Assembly (NCBI GenBank): GCA_024693365.1
Contig: JAILLF010000054.1
Span: forward strand, 2,149-66,148
Direction: 5' to 3'
Origin: Acetatifactor sp.
GTDB taxonomy: Bacteria; Bacillota; Clostridia; Lachnospirales; Lachnospiraceae
DNA: 64,000 nt
Shown here: positions 56,161 through 64,000 of the stretch, piece after piece
Numbering within the stretch: the first letter of the stretch is position 1
Layout of the letters: each line of letters starts with the position of its first letter
Translations under genes and position numbers: made by a program
Notes under the pieces: model-generated
Database searches by the model: none
The model's input: only the letters and a program-made list of their open reading frames with translations
What the model was told of the DNA's origin: nothing

Positions 56161-57036
56161 GATTTCCAGTTTTAGAAGCGCTTCCCTTGCGAGGGAGAAC
56201 GCCTCAAAGCCGGTGAGCTTCTTTCCTTCCTCCACTTGGATGGAGACAGGCTTTCGCTCAAGTCCTGCAAAGCCGTCAAAGTCAAACAAGTGCGGCTCGA
56301 GGGACAAAAATCCATGGAAGCCGTTTGCAAACATACGCGCCAAAATTTCCTTTACGTTACCGTCCCCGCATCCTGCAGGAACAACTTTTCCGCTCCCCCA
56401 AATGGCATCCTTCACGTGGACGTAATCGATATGGGCCTTTAAGAGTTCATACGCCTCCAGCGTATTTTGCCCTGCCTGCACGAAATTAGCAAAGTCAAAA
56501 ATGCCACGGAAATTTGCACATCCAAGCACGTCAAACAATTCCTTACATTCCTTTGCCATTTCTCCATAGATACCTTTTTCATTTTCATGCAAAAGCACCA
56601 CGTCCGCACTCTTTGCAAAGTCCACAAATTTCCCCAGGCGCTCGATCACCTCCTCCTTTACGCCGTCCTTGATCCAAACCTTTCCCTGTCCGTCTGTCTC
56701 TCTCGGCACGTAAAAACTAAACATGCGAATGTTTCTCGTTCCCATCTTATGCGCAATCTCGGTCGCACGCTTGAATTCTTCAAAATGCTTTTCAAACGGA
56801 TCCGTGATGCCAATCTTTCCCAGGGGAGACCCGATTGCTGACAGTGCAATTCCGGCATCATCCAATCTCTTTTTGATCTCCGCCACCTTTGTATCGTCAT
56901 GACAGATCAAGTTGTTTCCGTCGACGCCGCGCATCTCCACAAAGTGCATGTCCAATTTCCTTAAGCTATCAATCTGCACGCCCAGATCCTGATCGATCTC
57001 ATCCGCAAATCCGGTTAATTTCTGATACGTACTCAT
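56155..57036 (-). CDS. Sugar phosphate isomerase/epimerase (xylose isomerase-like TIM barrel)
   Basis: 293 aa, family-typical HENE and LEPH motifs. Confidence 0.8.
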   Translation of the reverse strand: MSTYQKLTGFADEIDQDLGVQIDSLRKLDMHFVEMRGVDGNNLICHDDTKVAEIKKRLDDAGIALSAIGSPLGKIGITDPFEKHFEEFKRATEIAHKMGTRNIRMFSFYVPRETDGQGKVWIKDGVKEEVIERLGKFVDFAKSADVVLLHENEKGIYGEMAKECKELFDVLGCANFRGIFDFANFVQAGQNTLEAYELLKAHIDYVHVKDAIWGSGKVVPAGCGDGNVKEILARMFANGFHGFLSLEPHLFDFDGFAGLERKPVSIQVEEGKKLTGFEAFSLAREALLKLEIL

Positions 57037-57068
57037 AGAATTCCATCCTCACTTTTTCTTTTTTACAC

Positions 57069-58301
57069 TTAATACGTCCCTTTGGTGTCAAAGGTGATGC
57101 CCTTGTCCACCTTCTTCTTCGAAGTTTTTCTGCGCTTGTTCAGTTCTTCCAGGAAGAGATCCTCGTCAAACAACGTCTCTGAATCGTTTTCCGTTGTCCT
57201 AGCCACCAAAGTGTTTTCCGTTGTCCTCGCCGCCGGCGCGTCATCAGAAGGAAGCACCACCGTCTTGCCCAGCCAGGAAGACAGAAACATCGCATTCGAA
57301 AGCGTTAACCCGTTGATGCCTTCCCTACCCTCGGCAACCAATGGCCCGCCGTTCAATATCCTGTCGGTGAATGCCTTCAGAACTCCAACGTGCTGTTCAT
57401 TTTGGCCATCCGTCTCAATCTCGATGCGCTCCATCTCCGGCACGGCAAATCCATTCTCTGCAATCTTACACCAGGTTCTCTCATTTGTTTTTAACCGGTC
57501 AAAGATGAGTTTTCCGTGTTCGCAAACGATCTTTCCCATCTCAAAGGTCAGTTCCAGGCGATTTGTTCCCGGAGCATCGCCCGTCGTCGTCACAAATACG
57601 CCCGTCGCGCCTCCGGCAAATTCCATGTATGCCGTCACGTCATCCTCCACTTCGATGTCATGCCACTTTGCCTCATGGCAAAATGCGCGCACCTTGGTTG
57701 GCATGCCGCAGAGCCACTGCAAAAGATCTAGCTGATGCGGACACTGGTTCAAGAGAACGCCGCCGCCCTCCCCGTCCCAGGTTGCCTTCCACCCTGCGGC
57801 ATCATAATAACTCTGCGTGCGATACCAGTCCGTAATGATCCAGTTCACGCGCTTCATTGCGCCAAGTTCACCGCTTTCCATCATTTCATGCAGCTTTCGG
57901 TATACGCAGTTCGTGCGCTGGTTGAACATGATTGCAAAGACCTTATCGCTCTTTGCCGCAACCTCATTCATCTCGCGCACTTGTTTTGTATAGACTCCAG
58001 CCGGCTTCTCACTGATGGCGTGAACGCCATGCGTCAGCGCATAAATCACAAATTCCGGGTGGAAATAATGCGGAGTCGCGATTAATACGGCGTCCACTTC
58101 GCCTGAGTCGATCAGCTCCCTGCCATCACAAAAACGCTTTACGTCTGCAGGCAATTCCTCCTTTGCCCAGTCCAGCCTGCTTTGGCGCACGTCAGCCACC
58201 GCAGTCAGTCGCATCTTCGGCACCATGCCCTTTACCACGTTCACCGCGTGACCGCTTCCCATGCCGCCAATTCCAATGATTCCAAGCCTTACTTCTTCCA
58301 T
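57069..58301 (-). CDS. Gfo/Idh/MocA family oxidoreductase with a charged C-terminal extension
   Basis: Start moved to ATG 58301 (MEEVRLGIIGIGGMGSGH Rossmann motif). The C-terminal tail has a duplicated ARTTEN segment. Confidence 0.85.
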   Translation of the reverse strand: MEEVRLGIIGIGGMGSGHAVNVVKGMVPKMRLTAVADVRQSRLDWAKEELPADVKRFCDGRELIDSGEVDAVLIATPHYFHPEFVIYALTHGVHAISEKPAGVYTKQVREMNEVAAKSDKVFAIMFNQRTNCVYRKLHEMMESGELGAMKRVNWIITDWYRTQSYYDAAGWKATWDGEGGGVLLNQCPHQLDLLQWLCGMPTKVRAFCHEAKWHDIEVEDDVTAYMEFAGGATGVFVTTTGDAPGTNRLELTFEMGKIVCEHGKLIFDRLKTNERTWCKIAENGFAVPEMERIEIETDGQNEQHVGVLKAFTDRILNGGPLVAEGREGINGLTLSNAMFLSSWLGKTVVLPSDDAPAARTTENTLVARTTENDSETLFDEDLFLEELNKRRKTSKKKVDKGITFDTKGTY

Positions 58302-58359
58302 TTTTCTTTCCCTTTCCCCATGCCTTTCCATAATACTTTTCCATAATACTTTTCCAGCC

Positions 58360-59361
58360 TTATGAGTTCCTCGCAGACTCATAAATCTGCATCACGGTTT
58401 GAAAAACGTTTTCCACGCCCTTTAGGTCATTTTGAAACCTTCCGCCAGTGCGAAGGCTCCTGTAGAAGTCAACGATACAAGCCTTATGCCCGCAACCCCA
58501 GTAATCCTTACCGATTCCTTTTTCCCATTCACGGATATAATGCTTGGGCGGTTCATTCTCTACGTATACCGTCACCTCAGAACCGTTCAACGTGATGCGG
58601 CCTTTCTCACCCTGCAATTCCAGAAGAATCGGTGCGTCAGCTGCATAGCCGGTAGACGCATAAAAGCACCCGCGTTTCTCTCCTCCAAAGGCCATCCATG
58701 CCTCGACAGTGTCCTCCACCTCAATCCTAGACGATAAATGATGATTGGCAATCGTCGCTTTTACGGTCTTGGGTTTTCCCAAGTATCGCAGGAGCAGGTC
58801 CAGCGTGTGTATGGACTGATTGATCAATGCACCTCCGCCTTCCGTCTCTATCTTTCCCTTCCAAGAACTTCCCTCATAATAATCCTTGTCCCGCCGCCAA
58901 GTCACAAACGCCCTGCCGCCAATGATCTTACCAACCTGCTTCTCTGCGACCAGCTGATCCATAAGAATTGTCGACTCGTTATACCTGTTTTGGAAACAAA
59001 ATCCCAGTTTTCCCGGATATCTTTGATTTTCCTCCTGGAGTTTCTGAAACTGCTCTGCCGTAGTGGCACAAGGCTTCTCCATAAATACTGCTTTTCCGTT
59101 TCGAAGAAAACCAATCGCCATGGGCACGTGAAGGTGATGCGGCGTACAGAGGTGAACCACGTCCACGTCTGCACGACAAACCTTTCGCCAGTTATCACAG
59201 ATGAGAACGTCATCAAGGCTTCCCATGGTTTCCGCCAGCTCTCTCGCACGCTCCAGGTCCACGTCGCAAAAAGCCGTCACCCGCACGTCTTCCATTCCGC
59301 CAAGCACCCACGCATGTACCTTTGCAATCCCGCCGCAGCCAATGATTCCAACTTTTTTCAT
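58360..59361 (-). CDS. Gfo/Idh/MocA family oxidoreductase
   Basis: MKKVGIIGCGGIAKVH Rossmann N-terminus, 333 aa. Confidence 0.88.
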   Translation of the reverse strand: MKKVGIIGCGGIAKVHAWVLGGMEDVRVTAFCDVDLERARELAETMGSLDDVLICDNWRKVCRADVDVVHLCTPHHLHVPMAIGFLRNGKAVFMEKPCATTAEQFQKLQEENQRYPGKLGFCFQNRYNESTILMDQLVAEKQVGKIIGGRAFVTWRRDKDYYEGSSWKGKIETEGGGALINQSIHTLDLLLRYLGKPKTVKATIANHHLSSRIEVEDTVEAWMAFGGEKRGCFYASTGYAADAPILLELQGEKGRITLNGSEVTVYVENEPPKHYIREWEKGIGKDYWGCGHKACIVDFYRSLRTGGRFQNDLKGVENVFQTVMQIYESARNS

Positions 59362-59566
59362 GACCGTCCTCCCTTCGCTCAGAAGCTACTTGCACGTCTA
59401 GTTTTCCTTTTATGCCTATTGTAATTCCTCCGCGCATGTTTTAATATATACATATAATACTATTTTTATATACTTTTCCGACTTATAAAAATTCCGCACG
59501 TCGATACAACGGGAAATCTGTCATCACGCATCTCATCTGACAAAAATGGAAGGAGCTGGAGAAATC

Positions 59567-60442
59567 ATGAGCGAAAACAACAAAAAACACGGCGCAAACA
59601 ACGTAAAAAGCGCCGGCATTTCCATGTTCCCCGTGGCACCGCCCTTTGACGTGGCTTATCGTAACGAAAAAGCGCCTTATCCCGTGGGACCTCATTCCCA
59701 TAATGCCGCGGAATTATATTTTACGCTGACGGACCTTCCTGACGTACTGATCAATGACACAGTGTCTGCCGTTCCCGCCGGAACACTTTTGATTCTTCCG
59801 GCCTTTTGCATCCATCAGCTCTATCATGAGACAGGCGTAACATATGAACGCTACGTTCTGAGCATCCATACCAAGTGGTTAAACGGCGTTTTCTGTGAGG
59901 GAGCCACTGCCTTCTCATATTTGGAAAACAGTTCAACTCCCGTCCTGCTCTCTCCAAACCGCACACAAAAAAAAGAGCTCCTTCGTCATTTCAACGAGTT
60001 GCTCTCTCTTTCCGACCAAACCTCACCGCAGGCCATGGTCAAGTTCTTTCAATTTCTTTCCGTCATGCATGGCATGGTAAACGAATCCGTGCCAAACGAC
60101 CCGCCGAAGCTTCCTGTCTCCCCTTCCCAAAGAAGGGTAAATGAAATCATCGCCTATCTCTTGGAGCATCTTGCAGAAAACGTAAAGCTCTCCGATTTGG
60201 CTTCGCATTTTTACTTGCATCCCGACTATCTTGCCAGGCTTTTTAAGAGCCACATGCACGTCTCCATCGGACATTACATAGCCCTCCAAAAGATCAGCGC
60301 AGCTGAGGCCATGCTCCGGGAAGGTCAGACGGTCGCGCAGGTTCAGGAAGCCCTGGGATACTCCAGTTACGCGTATTTTTTCAAATCCTTCCAAAAGATC
60401 ACCGGGATTTCTCCCAGCAAATACCGGGATCAATACCGCTGA
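59567..60442 (+). CDS. AraC family transcriptional regulator (cupin sensor plus HTH)
   Basis: C-terminal AraC HTH (LSDLASHFYLHPDYLARLFK ... GYSSYAYFFKSFQKITGISPSKYR). ATG 59567 follows GGAG. Confidence 0.88.
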   Translation: MSENNKKHGANNVKSAGISMFPVAPPFDVAYRNEKAPYPVGPHSHNAAELYFTLTDLPDVLINDTVSAVPAGTLLILPAFCIHQLYHETGVTYERYVLSIHTKWLNGVFCEGATAFSYLENSSTPVLLSPNRTQKKELLRHFNELLSLSDQTSPQAMVKFFQFLSVMHGMVNESVPNDPPKLPVSPSQRRVNEIIAYLLEHLAENVKLSDLASHFYLHPDYLARLFKSHMHVSIGHYIALQKISAAEAMLREGQTVAQVQEALGYSSYAYFFKSFQKITGISPSKYRDQYR

Positions 60443-60593
60443 TCACGGCATTATTGCGGCTCGATCGCAAGGCAAAGTGACAAGACCAGCAGCGTAATCA
60501 AGTTTACAAGTCTACCTCCGTTTTTTATCCTCATGTCCAAATCCCCCTTCTACCCCCTAACCACTCTTCCATTCCTTAACCGTAAGGACCCAA

Positions 60594-60634
60594 AAGAAAA
60601 AAGCGAAAAGTCATTGAATACAATGATTTTTCGC
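60594..60634 (-). terminator. Intrinsic terminator downstream of tRNA-Leu
   Basis: Minus strand gcgaaaaatcattg-tatt-caatgacttttcgc followed by TTTTTT. Confidence 0.75.
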
Positions 60635-60638
60635 CAGA

Positions 60639-60719
60639 TGCGGGCAACAGGACTTGAACCTGCACGGGGTTACCACCAGAACCTAAATCTGGCGCGTCTG
60701 CCAATTCCGCCATGCCCGC
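60639..60719 (-). tRNA. tRNA-Leu (anticodon UAG), long variable arm, no encoded CCA
   Basis: Hand-folded cloverleaf: acceptor GCGGGCA/UGCCCGC, anticodon stem CCAGA/UCUGG with loop UUUAGGU, T-arm GCAGG-UUCAAGU-CCUGU. 81 nt. Confidence 0.9.
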
Positions 60720-60754
60720 TTATAGTCGCCCTTTTCGCATCAGACGACTTTTAT

Positions 60755-60783
60755 ATTATATCCGCCAACGTCCACGACGTCAA
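60755..60783 (-). promoter_or_regulatory. Consensus sigmaA promoter of tRNA-Leu
   Basis: Minus strand TTGACG (60783..60778), 17-nt spacer, TATAAT (60760..60755), about 35 nt upstream of the mature tRNA 5' end. Confidence 0.7.
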
Positions 60784-60857
60784 GCCTTCCGCCATTCTAG
60801 ATTTTTATAAATACCAACCCGAAGCTTTCAACCACCTTTATCCCGATCGAGTTTCCC

Positions 60858-60953
60858 TGACAAACTGAAAGTTGTAGGGCTCTTTTTCATGACAAACTTG
60901 AAGTTGTAGAGTTCTTTTTCATGACAAACTTGAAGTTGTAGGGCTCTTTTGTC
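60858..60953. repeat. Three tandem 32-bp repeats, each containing a near-palindrome ACAAACTT-G-AAGTTGT
   Basis: TGACAAACT(G/T)(A/G)AAGTTGTAG(G/A)G(C/T)TCTTTT(T/G)(C/T)(A/C) at 60858, 60890 and 60922. Confidence 0.9.
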
Positions 60954-61012
60954 TCAACAGACGAATCTCGTTTCTTCAATTTACGGGTCAAACTTAGCTT
61001 TTTGTCATTCTA

Positions 61013-61595
61013 CCCGTAGACATTTTCATTTTCCTACGGGCCATTTTGCTTCTTTTGCAGTTTTGCCCGTAGTCCTTTCCAACTTCCTACGGGTCAAATT
61101 GCTTCTTTTGCTTTTTTGCCCGTAGCCTTTTCCAGCTTCCTACGGGCCATTTTGCTTCTTTTGCAGTTTTGCCCGTAGTCCTTTCCAACTTCCTACGGGT
61201 CAAATTGCTTCTTTTGCTTTTTTGCCCGTAGCCTTTTCCAGCTTCCTACGGGTCAAATTGCTTCTTTTGTTTTTTTGCCCGTAGCCTTTTCCAGCTTCCT
61301 ACGGGCCATTTTGCTTCTTTTGCTTTTTTGCCCGTAGTCTTTTCCAGCTTCCTACGGGTCATTTTGCTTCTTTTGCTTTTTTGCCCGTAGTCTTTTCCAA
61401 CTTCCTACGGGTCATTTTGCTTCTTTTGCTTTTTTACCCGTAGTCCTTTCCAACTTCCTACGGGCCATTTTGCTTCTTTTGCTTTTTTACCCGTAGTCTT
61501 TTCCGGCTTCCTACGGGCCATTTTGCTTCTATTGCTTTTTTGCCCGTAGTCCTTTCCAACTTCCTACGGGTCAAATTGCTTCTTTTGCTTTTTTG
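61013..61595. repeat. Eleven tandem 53-bp units, each with a 7-bp inverted repeat (CCCGTAG-N14-CTACGGG) plus a 25-nt T-rich (plus strand) / A-rich (minus strand) linker; noncoding; not a CRISPR
   Basis: Unit starts at 61013, 61066, 61119, ... 61543 (exact 53-bp phase), with degenerate partial units at 60981..61012 and 61596..61601. Both the hairpin and the linker are conserved between units. No ORF of 60 aa or more covers the region. Confidence 0.95.
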
Positions 61596-61921
61596 CCCGT
61601 AATTTTATGTTATCCCATGTTTTCTTCGCAATTTTGGATAACCTGTCACGGAGTTTACACTACCCAAGCTGCTTACAAGTCTATTTACTTTCCATACGCT
61701 TAATGCTACTTCACGTTTGTTGCTTTTTTGTTTTACTCAATCGGAGAAAGACAACACATATCCATCTTCGCTCTTACCATGTTGCATTTTAGGCCTCGCG
61801 TTCGTGACAAACTCCATGCATCAGTAATCACCTCGACAAACCCCAATTTATGCACCAGTAGTCATCTCGCCAATATCCGATTTGTATCATTCCTGCAGAA
61901 ACCCTTGAGCGAGAAAAGCAG

Positions 61922-63100
61922 TTATCTTAGTGCCTGTGCAAGATCATTGATAATGTCGTCCACGTTCTCGATGCCGATGGAGATGCGGACGAAGGCCTTC
62001 GTGATGCCCAGTGCCATCTTCGTGTCATCGGGAATGGACTCGTGGGTCTGGGTCCAGGGATAGGTGATCAAGGTCTCGGTGCCGCCAAGGCTCTCCGCAA
62101 ACAGGATCATGTTCACGTTGGAGAGAAGGTTCTGCGCCGTCTCCTCGCTGTCAAGCTCAAAGGAGATCATGCCGCCAAAGCCCGTGCACTGCTTCTTGCT
62201 GATTTCATAGCCCTTATGATTCTCAAAGCCTGCATAATAAACCTTCTTGACCTTGGGCTGGGTCAGAAGCCAGTTGGCAACCTTTCTTGCATTCTCGTCA
62301 TGCTGACGCATGCGGAGGGAAAGGGTCTTTAAACCGCGCAGGATCAGCCAGCAGTCGAAGGGTCCCAGCTGCGCGCCCATGGACTTGATCTGTCCCTGGA
62401 AGAAAGGAATTCTCGCGGGATCCTTAACAACCACGATGCCGGCGATCACGTCATTGTGACCGGTCAAATACTTGGTGCCGCTGTGTACCACAATGTCTGC
62501 CCCAAGATCCAAAGGCTTCTGGAAATAAGGGGTCAGGAAGGTGTTGTCCACGACAAAAATGCAATTGTTTTCCTTCGCGATCTTTGCGATCTCCTGGATG
62601 TCGGCCACCTTCATCATGGGATTGGTGGGCGTCTCAAGGAAGATCATCTTCGTCTCAGGGCGAAGGGCGTTCTTGATATTGTCAAGCTCCGTCATGTCGA
62701 CGTAGGAGAATTCGCAATTGAATTTGCTGAAGATCTCGTCACAGATACGGAAGGTGCCGCCGTAAATGTCATCGCACAGGATCACGTGATCTCCGTTCTC
62801 AAGAAGATTGAACACTGCCATGTTGGCAGCTTGTCCGCTGGTAAAGGCAAAGCCCTCCGCGCCATTCTCCAAGATGGCCATGGTGCGCTCCAGCTCCTGA
62901 CGGGTAGGGTTCTGTACGCGGGAATAGTTATATCCCGTGGAGACTCCAAAGGTTTTGTGGCGGAAGGTCGCCGTCTGAAAGATGGGGAAACTCACGGCTC
63001 CCGTGATGGGTTCACATCCCAACGCTCCGTGTACTACTTTCGAATCAAAATGCAAATTTTCTTTTCTGTCAAATTCGCTGTAAGCACATTCTTCTCTCAT
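61922..63100 (-). CDS. Cys/Met-metabolism PLP-dependent enzyme (cystathionine beta-lyase/gamma-synthase family)
   Basis: Start moved to ATG 63100 (392 aa). Family motifs YSRVQNPT and HSGTKYLTGHNDV (PLP lysine). Confidence 0.88.
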   Translation of the reverse strand: MREECAYSEFDRKENLHFDSKVVHGALGCEPITGAVSFPIFQTATFRHKTFGVSTGYNYSRVQNPTRQELERTMAILENGAEGFAFTSGQAANMAVFNLLENGDHVILCDDIYGGTFRICDEIFSKFNCEFSYVDMTELDNIKNALRPETKMIFLETPTNPMMKVADIQEIAKIAKENNCIFVVDNTFLTPYFQKPLDLGADIVVHSGTKYLTGHNDVIAGIVVVKDPARIPFFQGQIKSMGAQLGPFDCWLILRGLKTLSLRMRQHDENARKVANWLLTQPKVKKVYYAGFENHKGYEISKKQCTGFGGMISFELDSEETAQNLLSNVNMILFAESLGGTETLITYPWTQTHESIPDDTKMALGITKAFVRISIGIENVDDIINDLAQALR

Positions 63101-63173
63101 ACTTTTTCCATCCTTTCTGGATTTTATTCTAATTCCTTCGGCCAACAAACTGCCGTGATTTTTTCTGTTTTCT

Positions 63174-64000
63174 TTATGCTTCCCGCACGCGGCTGATATA
63201 ATCTTCGATCGCCCTGCGCTCCTCTTCCTTGTAAACAAAGCCTAATTTGGCACTTACGTGCTTCGCCGACGTCTCAAACAAGGCAATCATCTCAGCGACT
63301 GCTGCCCAAAGATGCTCATAATCCGCATCGGAATAGGTTTTCCGGAAGTGCTCATACAGGTCGCTTGGAAGATATTTCTTAAAGAACTTCCCTTCTTTGC
63401 CTGCCGACGTCGAAAAATCCGTCTCCGTGCCGACGTACCACTTCAGCATCTGCACCAACATGTCGCGCACGTAGTCGTTAAACTGCTTCATCGCATAGGA
63501 AAGCTCATCCCTTGCGATGCCCTTCGCCACGTTGTTCATGCACCAGTAAAACTCATTACAGCAATCCGAAAACTGCTTTTGCGTGGGCCTCTTTACGTAC
63601 CAGTAAGCCTTCGTTCCCTTGATCACCGGCGCCTTGTCATTCCCCTCGGAATCCCCTTCCTCTTTATTCAAAAGGATGATCGCAGGCTCATCACTTTCCT
63701 GAAAGGGCATTTCCGTAATGCAAAGGTCAATCCGGTTCCCGTCCGGGAACAGCATCAGATAGGCGAAATTCCCGTCGCCGTCCGGAGGGATCAAACTCAT
63801 GCTCTCCGGCTTTTGCATCAGCGCCGGCTTTCCAAACCGCCGCTCAATCCATTCATCATTGTCCCAGTACGGCTTTACGTCCTTCACCTGGAAGACGACG
63901 TCAAAATCCTGATGCGCATCCTTCGGCACGTCCGGATTGGCCCGGGAGCCGGACATCCAAACTGCGCGAATGTTTTCATCCGACTTCGCGATGCCAAGAA
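63174..64000 (-). CDS. Aminoglycoside 6-nucleotidyltransferase ANT(6)/AadK-like, N-terminus beyond window end
   Basis: GSRANPDVPKDAHQDFDVVF and LFPDGNRIDL match the ANT(6) adenylyltransferase family. The frame stays open upstream of the track's Met through position 64000 (...LGIAKSDENIRAVWMSGSRAN). Confidence 0.8.
   Translation of the reverse strand, partial: LGIAKSDENIRAVWMSGSRANPDVPKDAHQDFDVVFQVKDVKPYWDNDEWIERRFGKPALMQKPESMSLIPPDGDGNFAYLMLFPDGNRIDLCITEMPFQESDEPAIILLNKEEGDSEGNDKAPVIKGTKAYWYVKRPTQKQFSDCCNEFYWCMNNVAKGIARDELSYAMKQFNDYVRDMLVQMLKWYVGTETDFSTSAGKEGKFFKKYLPSDLYEHFRKTYSDADYEHLWAAVAEMIALFETSAKHVSAKLGFVYKEEERRAIEDYISRVREA

Noticed and set aside
60533-60868. 111-aa plus-strand ORF in the track
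   Set aside because: It runs antisense straight through tRNA-Leu, its terminator and its promoter. It has no SD and its composition is not protein-like.
60889-60942. Mini-ORFs ATG ACA AAC TTG AAG TTG TAG (MTNLKL) in 32-bp repeat copies 2 and 3 as Leu-rich leader peptides linked to tRNA-Leu
   Set aside because: They lie on the opposite strand from the tRNA and have no SD. The Leu codons are UUG, which is not read by anticodon UAG. The first copy lacks the ATG.
61075-61100. ACTTCCTA within each 53-bp unit matching the first 8 nt of the Bacillus dif/Xer site
   Set aside because: Only an 8-nt match. The central region and second Xer arm are absent, and an 11-fold tandem repetition is not how dif sites occur. 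Treated as coincidence.
61013-61595. CRISPR array interpretation of the 53-bp periodic repeats
   Set aside because: In a CRISPR only the repeat is conserved and the spacers are unique. Here the whole 53-bp unit, hairpin and linker, is conserved with only point variants. There are no cas genes in the window and no leader/spacer structure.
60443-61921. Integrated mobile element or prophage remnant at tRNA-Leu
   Set aside because: There is no integrase, transposase or direct repeat of the tRNA 3' end in the window. The flanking genes are ordinary metabolic and regulatory genes.

Overview
The window looks like a Firmicutes/Clostridia (Lachnospiraceae-like) chromosomal segment, densely coding and mostly on the minus strand; the taxonomy is inferred from gene content and Gram-positive lipoboxes, SD sequences and T-box usage. 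In order it holds: (i) a partial membrane-anchored protein. (ii) A complete trpE-trpGD-trpC-trpF-trpB-trpA operon behind a sigmaA-type promoter and a Trp T-box leader, with unusually long repeat- and hairpin-bearing intercistronic spacers and an in-frame repeat insertion in trpF. (iii) An accessory block with a Cys/His-rich secreted mini-protein, a large SBP-like lipoprotein, a PadR module, a MacB/FtsX ABC pair and a TetR. (iv) An ~8.9-kb co-directional metal (probably zinc) acquisition cluster: a Cys/His-rich membrane protein, a His-rich ZnuA-like SBP, a Nik/Opp-type five-component importer, ZnuC, ZnuB and a lipoprotein. It sits behind a near-consensus promoter overlapped by a Fur/Zur-type palindrome. 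(v) An intracellular Csp-like S8 protease. (vi) A TetR / GH2 / GPH symporter / GH36 alpha-galactosidase / GNAT sugar locus. (vii) M18 aminopeptidase, DJ-1, an ABC exporter pair, CYTH, an XRE regulator, MalQ, two tandem 7TM-GGDEF cyclases, and a CaCA antiporter with a structured attenuator leader. (viii) An ADP-ribosylglycohydrolase-SseB fusion, a sulfatase/LtaS-like lipoprotein, an SNF2 helicase, MATE, and an AraC-controlled oxidoreductase/isomerase cluster. (ix) A 1.5-kb protein-free locus containing tRNA-Leu(UAG), three 32-bp palindrome-bearing repeats and eleven tandem 53-bp hairpin units. (x) A trans-sulfuration PLP enzyme and a partial ANT(6) aminoglycoside nucleotidyltransferase. The least explained and most interesting signal is the 53-bp hairpin array. 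It is not a CRISPR. Read on the minus strand it would present about 25 GGA motifs at or within hairpin loops separated by A-rich linkers, which resembles a CsrB/RsmZ-type protein-sponge RNA. All coordinates for starts, promoters and hairpins were derived by hand from the sequence and need computational confirmation.
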